Below, piece by piece: positions 54,258 through 64,000 of a stretch of 64,000 nucleotides of DNA (position 1 is the stretch's first letter; each line of letters begins with the position of its first letter). The notes below the pieces were generated by a model. It was not told where the DNA came from. It did no database searches and saw only the letters and a list, made by a program, of their open reading frames with translations. The DNA comes from Mizuhopecten yessoensis (lineage: Eukaryota). Location: NCBI RefSeq assembly GCF_002113885.1, contig NW_018407191.1, positions 1,134,123 through 1,198,122 of the forward strand, given 5' to 3'. The position numbers and the translations under genes are program-made.

Positions 54258-55616
54258 GAATGACAACAATGTTTAGAAATTTCAGTAATTTATTTTTTAC
54301 ATTCATATTTCTTTATATTCATAAGTTCCCAATAGAGCTTGTATAAATAATATGTTCTTAACATAGCTACATGCTTACTTCATTTACATAATGTATTACT
54401 ATATTTAGTAAATATATATTGACATTGGTCATACACTTGATGCATCTTCTCATTCAAACAAGACTTCCTGAATGGAACAACACAAAGTGAAGTAGAAGAC
54501 TGATGCAATTTTTCCATTTTCCTGACATTTAGCCTACTGGTAGTTGTGTTGATTGATTTAGTTTTCATGTTGCACCGATGTCACGGTTAGCAGGGTTTAT
54601 GTCTTAATGTCTTCATCACATGGGCGATCTTTATTGAAATAATAGAACATTTAAGCTTGCTCTATATATGTGCATTATGTATGTACATAAAGCAAGCTTC
54701 CATTATCTACATTCATTATTTCATTCACCCTTTAATAGACTCTTGGTCAAAAACACAGGTTATTAAAGATCGTGAAGGGAAGTAACTCTAATAAAATTGC
54801 TGTCATGCATTCTTCAACTTCCTAGACAAATCTATGATATTGCTGTACCTGATTAACACACCCCATTGACATTGATGTAAAAACAAACATTTACATTTTT
54901 AATTTAGGTGAAACTATTTGTCAGATATACACAATCTTAAGATATACAGGTATTTAAAAAAATTGAATGACTATCGTTGTTCTTTTCAATTTAACAAACA
55001 ATTCCATTTTAATTCTCAGTAATGTTTTGCCTTGACCATTCGCGGGGAGAATAAAAATTCATTAGCAATTTCTTTTACTTTTACATAATCAATTAATGTG
55101 TCATACAAATACCCCAGTAACATTATACAGCTGACTGAAGGCTATCATCTGCTAGAAATGTTATATATATGCATGTGTATATAGGCTATTAGTACTGTGA
55201 GCAATCCATATTCCCCACCTCCGAATAAATTTTCTTACAAAAAGTCATGGAAAGGATTTCTGTGTTTGGAACAAGATACCTGATTTCAATAAAGGACACT
55301 GCCATCCCAAAGTTTTTTAAATTGTAGCTGACAAGAGTACATAGCAGTGGGTTTTTTTCTAGGTTAAATACTAGGGGTAACATTGGTAGTGTTATCTATG
55401 CAGAACTAAACAATTTAGGGGGAACGGAGAAAACACTCACTGTAATAGTGAGCCAAGAGACCTGATAAGTCATTTTCAGCTGGCATTCATATGACTATAA
55501 ACGCTGACTAAAGGCAGTACAATGCTTTCACAATAATATGTACCTGGTAGGTAATTTTCCAATCAAAAAAGATGTATCTGAAGTAACCAAAAATTATATT
55601 TCAATTTCCAATCACA

Positions 55617-58600
55617 TCATTTATCTTTTAACTTTCCACAATCTGTGCTTGTCTGAGTCTCTATCTTAAGTTTATTCATGTCACTGATGTCAACAATATC
55701 TTTATCACATGATTTTTCCACAGTTTTTGTACCATCCAGTAAATCTGCATCCTCATCCTCATCAGCATCATCATCATCATCTTCACCATCACTGCCTTCA
55801 TCACTGACACAGAAGCCATCGTCCCCGTTACCCTCTCTGAGTTTCTTCAAAGCCTCGCTTGTCGACTTTCCACTGGCTTGTAACCGGAAAAATTGTCCTT
55901 TAAACAGAGAGAACAATAACATAATGAAAATTGTACAAAATAACCCAGACCTTATAACAACAGGAGCATACGTCAAAAATCAAGATTTTCTGTTATACAA
56001 TGCAGGGATTTCCATAATTTTAGGTTTTGCTTCTAGCAGAACACAATTTTGTTCCCTACTTAAGAAGGACTTTCAGAAAATCTTTTAATTTTAAAAGTTG
56101 ATTTAAATTCTTCAATATAATTTTTACACAAATATAAGGAATGTGACTCCGAAAATACTCAGAGGAAAACAAATGCATAGCACAAACTTCAACTTTTACC
56201 TAAACAATGAAGGAAAGCTGTGTTAACATCAGATCTACATCTGTTAGGTGATAATTTATAACACTGCCATTAAAGAATCTGAATTTTAACTAATTAAACA
56301 AACAGAAATATCTATAGGAAATTGTTAGTAAAACACTTTTTCAAAATTAATGAACAAAATTAATTACATTCCTGGATAAAAATGTATGATAATCCAGTCT
56401 TCCTGATAACCAAAGTTCCACTATAAGGAGGCAGGACCCAAATCAGATCAGTACCAAATCGTATCACTTTTTGCAAAAATAGTTTTAAATCAATAAATGT
56501 GTCAACAGATTAGTTATAACTTTAGAATATATAGTCATGAACCATATTTTGTCTACAGTTGGTTAGTTTTTAAGGTCAAATAGTACTAGGAAATATAATT
56601 CAAACTCAAATGTCGGTGTTTTGTTAACATTTTTAGAAAAATGGCACGTGCGACAACTATGCATTCTGTTATGGATTATAGGAATAAATTCACCCTATAG
56701 AAATACTTGTTTTCATATTAATTCCAAAGGTCATCATAAAATGTTAATATGCTAAAAAAAAATATTCATTTGAAGTGTAAGATATTGCAAAATTCAAGCC
56801 TTGATCTGATTTGGGTCCTGACATTCGCAAAAACCGGAAGTGCTGATAGATGACTTCAGAGCGTTCTAAAAATATTTCACATGAGCCCTGGGTGCTATTT
56901 TTTTTGTAAGAACACCCATCGATATTCTTCCTTTGATACAACCATAAATGAATATAATTCATCCTCAAGAATTTTCAATGAATGAATAAATTGATGGTTT
57001 GGTTAACCGATTTGGGTACTGTCACCTTACATGTTATATACAAACAAAATTTGTAATACACACTTCTCTGTCTTTCTGTTAGATGTTCTAGCTCTGCTTC
57101 CAACTGACTCTGCTGTGACATCTGCTCTGCCTCTGACAGTCCAGGTCTGAAAAAACACAAATATTGAAATATTGAAGATTTTTTTAGTATATGTAGGTGC
57201 AGAATAATAAACTCTGATTCACCGCAATTTGTATGTTGCACTTCACAAGAATGATTTACCAGTCAGAAATGTACAACCCATTTTGCTGACGTACTGAAAC
57301 CTTGCATTGCCACCCCTGTAATGTTATACCGCCAAAATTGGCACGGGGACAAAAGGTGGCGGCATAATGAGGGATTACTGTTTGTATATGTCCATTTTTG
57401 CTAATAATTTTTTATTTTTCATATGCGTCTCTAGTAGGGTATACAATTGATATCTAGGAATGCAAAAAAAGTCCAGAGGCAGGGATGTTTTGGTTTCGTT
57501 TTGATATGAAAAGGCATCATAACCTAGCGCAATTTGATATCACGTGGTTCTTTTATGGCACTTCGTATTGCTCTGTGCAAGCAGTATTTATTTATATATA
57601 TCAACTCAAACAAGAGGGCCTGTATCGCTCACCTGTTTCTTTTGTTACAAGCAACTGACATATAGGCAACTTAAGACCAAATTTGGTAACTAGAACACAA
57701 GACATTTTTACATCTCTTAAACGGTTCTGAAGATATTGTTATTTGAAACTTGAAATTTTAATTTTTAAGCTTTTAACCCATATTGACCTTTGACTCCCGA
57801 CTTGCACTTAAAGTTTACCTTTGACCTCAATACTGTAATAAAGAAATCAATTCACACAGCTACATAACATACCCAAGTATCATGTTTCTAGTTCAAATGG
57901 TTCTTAGGATATTGTTGTTTGAAGTTTTAAACATATTTGAGCAATGTGATCTTGAAAGTAGGTCAAGGTCATTTAAATATAGAAACTTTATAGCACTTCA
58001 TCCCAGGTACCTACTGGCCAAATTTCATGACCCTGAGCCTTATGGAATTTGAGAAGAAGATTGTTTAAGCCTTTGACCCATGTTGACATTTGACCCGGAC
58101 TTGCACTTAAAGTTGACCTTTGACCTCATTACTGTAATTGAGAAAAAAAGGTTTGCATTGCTGGTCTACATAACATACACAAGTATAATGGCTCTAGTCC
58201 AAATGGTTCTTGGGATATTGTTGTTTGAAGTCTTTAACATATTTGACCTCTGTGACCTTAAACGTAGGTCAAGGTTATTTTAATGAGGAAACTTTATAGC
58301 ACTCCATCCCAGGTACCTAATTGCCAAATAGCATGACCCTGAGCCTTATGGAATTTGAGAAGATTGTTTAAGCCTTTGACCCATGTTGACCTTTGACCCC
58401 AACTTGCACTTAACATTGACCTTTGACCTCATAACTGCTATTAAAAAAATATTAGCACTGCTGGTTTACATAACATACCCAAGTATCATGACTCTAGTTC
58501 AAATGGGCCTTGGGATATTGTTGTTTGAAGTTTTTACATATTTGACTGCTCTGACCTTGAAAGTAGGTCAAGGTAATTTTAAGGAAGAAAGTATATAGCA

Positions 58601-60933
58601 CTCCATCCCAGGTACCTACTGGCCAAATATCATGACCCTGGGCCTTATTGAACTTGAGAGAAGATTTTTAAAGCTTTTAACCAAAGTTGACATTTGACCC
58701 CCGACTAGCATTTTAAGTTGACCTTTGACCTCATTACTGTAATTAAGAAAAATATTTGCACTGCTGGTTTACATAACATATCAAAGTATCATGACTCTAG
58801 TTCAAATGGTTCTAAGAATATTGTTGTTTGAATTTTTTCACATATTTAACCGTTGTGACCTTGAAAGTAGGTCAAGGTCATTTTAATAAGAAAAATGTAT
58901 AGCACTTCATCCCAGGTACCTACTGGCCAAATATCATGACCCTAGGTCCTACAGTTTTTCAAGGAGTCGTTCAAAAGAAAATGTTGATGGCCGGACGCTG
59001 CAGTACGCGAAGGGCCATGTGAGCTAAAAAGGAATATGAACACTTTTGATTTTGACTCTACTGGTGTCAACTTATATAGAGAGCCCCCCACCATAACAAT
59101 GCTTCCCATTCCATGGATACATAAATAATAAATGATAAATTTATAATCCCTAGGCTGATTTCAGATGTAAATATTTTAATCAGTTTTATATTTTATGAAC
59201 TAATCATTACTCACACTTCTGTTACTTCCTTTTTCTGTCCACATTTTCCACAGACCTGAAGTTTTTTCATACAGGGGACACATATGATAAAGTAGGATTT
59301 TTTTACAGTTTTTTCCAGGCATTTTGTACTGCAAAGAAAGAGATGAAAACATGTTAATATTTGGAATTGTCTGAACTTTGATTTTCCTATCTTAATTGTA
59401 ACATCCTTGTTCCCTACACGTCACGTCCATTGATTCTGTTTTCAAGAGCTTGTTCCAAATATCGAGATTTCTGTTACAGATGTTGACTGCTGATCCCCAC
59501 ATTTACATTTCTAAAGATGGAGGTTGATGAAGACTACCGATAAGTTTTGGTTGCCATCATGATTTTATTGCGATATATGCTATTCCTTTGTGCTATATGC
59601 AGGTCAACATTTATTTGTTACGCTCATTAGTGTGCCTTTTTTGTCACTACCAGAGTTGTTGCTATGAGGACATGACTTTCTTTGGTTTTCCCAGGATTTA
59701 CATGGCAATGTGCTTACCCTTCCCGAACACCTGGTCTTATTCTCCTTAAACTGCTTACAATGTTACTTTAGAGTAGGTAGGTAGGTATTTTGAAGGAGAA
59801 TGATCTTGACTTTAAAACTATATTTTTGCCTTTGAGTTGTTGATAAGTGAATGAGTGTAAACATTTCTCGGTTTACAATTGTTTAAAATTTCCCACTTGA
59901 GAAAATGCAATTTCTGTAGAGACTAATCAACAAAAAGAGGTGGTGCAGAAATCTTCTTAACAACAATGATATATTCTGTTTCCGGTCCAGGTTGGTTAGT
60001 CACTCCCTGACCTACAAAAATGTTGTATGGTCAGGTGGGAAATTTTGAACGATTGTAAACCGAGGACACTACTGACGGAATTTAGCCGCTGTTGGTGATA
60101 ATAAGAGCGGGTTTGGATCAATAAATAATCTGTTTATCGATATATGTGTGGTATGTGTTGTGTCATAGTAGATTTTTGTTGTCAGCACCTCAAAACTATC
60201 CGACACCAAATGGTGTTGGAGAATTCCGCTATTTCATATAGCAGTGTGCTCTGGACCCACACAAAACATCTTTCTGTCAAAATGTCTAAGGCTACATTCG
60301 CGTATCCCGGATGATACAATACGTGTGGCGCAGAAATATTCCGTATAAACGTATCTTAAAAATTACATGGGACTTGACATTGTTTTAGAAAGAAATAATG
60401 CAAACTGCCAATAGTCAGTATTTTAGTTTCGGTCAGGTACGTCTGGACCCCTCAATCTACATGAGTCGAATTTTCCTGAGATCAGCCTCGGTCCAGATCT
60501 GTGTCGTTTTCTTTACAGGTTCAATCAGTTCAACCGTATATGCGAATGTACCCTTGGTCTGGTGTCAGGGCCAGAGGAAACTGGGGCTAAATTAGCATAT
60601 ACATTATCACCCTTTTCTGTTATCCTCACTTAGTATTAACACACACACCAACCAACCCCACCCCACACTCACTAAACTTCCAAAAAAAGAAGATATCGTT
60701 CTGTGGAAAAACATGTCATATGATTACCATTTTTTGGCTGTAGTCAAAGGCTTAAATTTTCTATACTTGATCTTCCATTCAATCACATCTGTACAGCGTT
60801 GACAGGCCCCTGTGACTTGAACTTTCTTAATTAGCTCCATTTGTGGTGTACGGTCATGCAAATCATTTTTAAACGCATTTTTGTTTTTGTACTTCTGTGC
60901 TCCTTTCTTCACGTTTCCTCGTTGTGTACTCAT
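55617..60933 (-). CDS. C9orf85: C9orf85 homolog (DUF2039-type Cys-rich protein) with acidic C-terminus (~227 aa, 4 exons)
   Basis: Exons 60933-60728, 59328-59215, 57146-57064, 55897-55617; phases 2/2/1 consistent. MSTQRGNV..QKYKN..AFKND, CQRCTDVIEWKIKYRKFKPL, CTKC, CVPC, CGKC. Confidence 0.88.
57608..59030. mobile_element. Helentron-like (HINE) element with ~300-bp internal tandem repeats (~4 copies)
   Basis: AAACAAGAGGGCCTGTATCGCTCACCTG start, TGACCTT-rich units at ~57772, 58072, 58375, 58677, GTGAGCTAAAAA end. Confidence 0.8.
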
Positions 60934-61424
60934 TATTTAGACGATGAAGAACTACACAACAATCCAGCATGCAGCGTGTGTCTGTCAAAATATTACCGGA
61001 AATTGCGTACACGCACTATTCTTTCCGCAGAAAATAATTTTAAAAGTCAAAGCCGTAAAAACGCTTGCATCGGACACAATATTTTACATTGGTAAATTAA
61101 TTGTTCAACAAATTATATTGAATTTGGTTGTTGAAAATTATTACTTGAATATTTAGCACGATCACTTACAATTCTACAATTATTTATTAACGTTCAAAGT
61201 TATGATAATATGATATTAATTCAATTTGTCACTTCCGGTTGATATGACAAAGTGACGTCACGCTGTATTATTAGAGGAAAGAAAGAACGGAAAGTGTATG
61301 TCAATATTGTGAGTTAAATCACCTCCACATGACAGCGTTTGGTATCTCAGAACTGTTGTGAATGGTAGCTTGATTTCTGCTACATCGTTTTGATTCTATT
61401 TCAGTTCGCTTTTCGTTTGACACC
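60934..61424. promoter_or_regulatory. Bidirectional promoter C9orf85/ABHD17
   Basis: 491 bp between divergent ATGs; ETS site ACTTCCGGT 61231-61239, palindromic CRE GTGACGTCAC 61252-61261, ACCGGAAAT 60995-61003. Confidence 0.7.
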
Positions 61425-62071
61425 ATGAACAGCCTGTCGTTCAGCGAGCTATGTTGCTTGTTTTGTTGTCCGCCATGTCCATCAAGAATAGCAGCAAAGT
61501 TGGCCTTCCTTCCTCCAGAGCCAACATATTCACTGATATCAGATGAAACGGGTTCAAAATATAGCCTCCACCTTACTGACAGGGCTGAATGGCAGTACAC
61601 TCAGCGAGAACTAGACTGTATTGAAGTGTTTATGACAAGGACTTCAAGGGGAAACAGGATACCATGCATGTTTGCAAGGTGTTCCCCCAATGCTAAATAC
61701 ACTCTTCTCTTCAGTCACGGCAATGCAGTAGATTTGGGCCAAATGAGCAGCTTCTACATAGGACTAGGATCCAGAATCAACTGTAACATTTTCAGCTATG
61801 ACTATTCAGGCTACGGTGCCAGCTCGGGGAAACCGTCGGAGAAAAATCTCTATGCAGACATTGATGCTGCATGGCAAGCTCTGCGAACAAGATATGGTAT
61901 AAGTCCACAAAATGTAGTTTTGTATGGACAGAGTATCGGCACAGTGCCTACTGTAGATCTTGCGTCCAGATATGAAGTTGGTGCAGCTATTCTCCATTCT
62001 CCACTGATGTCCGGCATGAGAGTGGCATTCCCAGATACAAAGAGGACATGGTTCTTTGATGCTTTTCCTAG
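61425..62071 (+). CDS. ABHD17: Alpha/beta hydrolase ABHD17 (depalmitoylase), first coding exon; gene continues beyond the window
   Basis: [24 protein letters not shown] palmitoylation cluster, [21 protein letters not shown] nucleophile elbow; donor AG|GTATGC at 62071/2. Exon(s) with catalytic Asp/His not found in the window. Confidence 0.96.
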
Positions 62072-62417
62072 GTATGCACTTTAAATTAAGGTTGTAAAAA
62101 TTGTATGCTTACTTTATATGCCCTTTATGTGCATGTGTAGCATAGGTAATGGTTTAGAAGTAGAATTTAATGCAGTTGTGGACACTCCGAGATCAAGACA
62201 TGTTGAGATCAAGGTGGGGTCATCTCAATATTTCTAAGCCTCCAAATGTCCATAGCTTGACTAGAGTAGAATGAACGCTAGGCATCTATGATGTTCACTG
62301 GGCAATAAGTTGATGAAACATTATAAGTCCCCCATTGGCACTACAAGATGGGACTTTAGGTTAGCACTCTGTCCATCAGCTATAGGCTATGTGTCACTTT
62401 GTCTTCTGCATATATAT

Positions 62418-62589
62418 CAGTGGCGGATCTAGAGGGTTTTAAGGGGCTTCAGGATACCCCCACCCTGAGAATTTTCTTGAAAAATCATGTACTTTCGCCA
62501 TTTTCCTCAATTTTTCCCCACATGAAAACACACACGCACACCCTGGAAATTGGCCCCCCCCCCCAGGTAGGTCTCTGGATCCGCCAATG
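62418..62589. mobile_element. MITE with CAGTGGCGGATC termini
   Basis: CAGTGGCGGATCTAGAG / CTCTGGATCCGCCAATG. Confidence 0.7.
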
Positions 62590-63623
62590 TTTAATATCTC
62601 ATACACTTTTTCACCTACAATTGGGCTACCCTTAATTGTTTGTGCTTTCCCTAAAACCTTTTTGGCAATTTTTAAGGAAGTAATGTTAAATTTCGATAAG
62701 TCTCCAGTAAAAACTTTATATATATATAAAAGTTGAAAAGTAAACTTTGAACAAACATGGATTTTTCTATCTGGCCTTCCCAAATTTTGTAGTCAATAAC
62801 CCCTTGATATTGCATACTTGAGAGTGTTGCATAGATTAAAACCAGGTCTTGTGNTTGTCCAGGGCATACTGTACCTTTCGTTAATATGTTGGAACCAATT
62901 TAATTACATCATTTTGTTCAAATATGTCTTCAAATTGGAATGAAGAAACTGTATAATCTAGTGGTTTGGAACACAGATATTCAAAGTCAGGTGTCGGATA
63001 TGTTTAAAAAGTGGGGGAAAAACCTAATGTCAAAGGAAAAGCATAGTTAATACATGTAGTTGTACTTGTGTTTGATGTAAATTTAACCAAACCTAATTCA
63101 CCCTCAAACCCAGTTAATTTGACTACTAACATGGAAGTATACTAGCCTGACATCATGACTGGTATATTTTGTCAATTATAATTATATTAACAGGCGTAAT
63201 GAAACTTTTCAATATGTGCTTCAGTAGAAAAAAGACAGATAGTTGCAGGTTCCTTTTATTTGCCCCCTGTCACATTCATTTTTAAAGATGATACAGTTAT
63301 ATTATGGTCAGCAGATCTTGATAGGACACAATTCTCATTGTCTGTTTCGTCACCATATACACATTTATAATATATGTAACACTTACCTCTGGTATATAAA
63401 GTTTATTTCAGATTGCAAAATTACATAACATATCCAAACATTAAACTATATACTTCAACATTATGATTACTGATACCATTTTTTTGCCAAAGTAATTGCT
63501 GAAGTGTGTTTATTCTAATTCATTGTTCAAACTTAATGGTAGACCCATAGAAAATGCATGAAAAACACTAGACCGACATTGTATTCACATATATGGGAGT
63601 CATTTACTTCATAGACCAAGTTG

Positions 63624-63998
63624 CAGGGTTAGACACTAACTTTTTTGCTTGTTAAGTCCACACAGGACTAGTTGAATAGATTATTTACTAGTCCTTCATG
63701 AATGTAACTAGTCCAAGATTTCCTGATTAAAGAAACATTGAGATCTACAGCACGAAAAATCAGAAGTAATTGACTGTAGGGGACTTCAAATAACTACGTA
63801 CTCCTATAAAATATGGTGAAGTTTTAGGAAAAGGTTGACAATTATCTTGCAATATATCTTATTTTAAGCAGTTTTCAAAATTTTAAAAAGGAATATTCTT
63901 ATTTTATAATCATATCTTTTACAAGTCCAAAGGACCAGTTATAGGTAAGGTGATTTTCTAGTCCAGGACTAATGGGCTAGTCTAAGTGTCAACCCCTG
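63624..63998. mobile_element. hAT-like MITE
   Basis: CAGGGTTAGACACT / AGTGTCAACCCCTG; multiple (GG)ACTAGTCC subterminal motifs; TSD not assessable at the window edge. Confidence 0.65.
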
Positions 63999-64000
63999 AG

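Noticed and set aside
55678-56088. Ser-rich 136-aa plus-strand ORF
   Set aside because: Antisense shadow of the acidic C9orf85 exon.

Overview
AT-rich animal genomic DNA with spliceosomal GT-AG introns. The SINE and Helentron-like repeat repertoire suggests a bivalve mollusc (inference). Five genes were reconstructed by hand: a SOUL/HEBP2-family heme-binding protein with a signal peptide (+, CDS 22509-26115), MCEE (-, 37162-29050), TIMM44 (+, 37456-49840), a C9orf85 homolog (-, 60933-55617) and the first coding exon of ABHD17 (+, from 61425; the gene runs off the window). Four genes form two tight head-to-head pairs (MCEE/TIMM44 and C9orf85/ABHD17), the second matching the human C9orf85/ABHD17B arrangement. 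The first ~22 kb has no recognisable exon. It holds SINEs, a decayed Penelope-like element ending in an inverted pair of hammerhead-like ribozyme motifs, a tandemly amplified hammerhead-core fragment and three minisatellites (43, 41, 35 bp units). Introns carry SINEs, MITEs, foldbacks and Helentron-like (HINE) elements. No CRISPR array, operon or clearly new multi-gene system is supported; most ORF-track entries are spurious.
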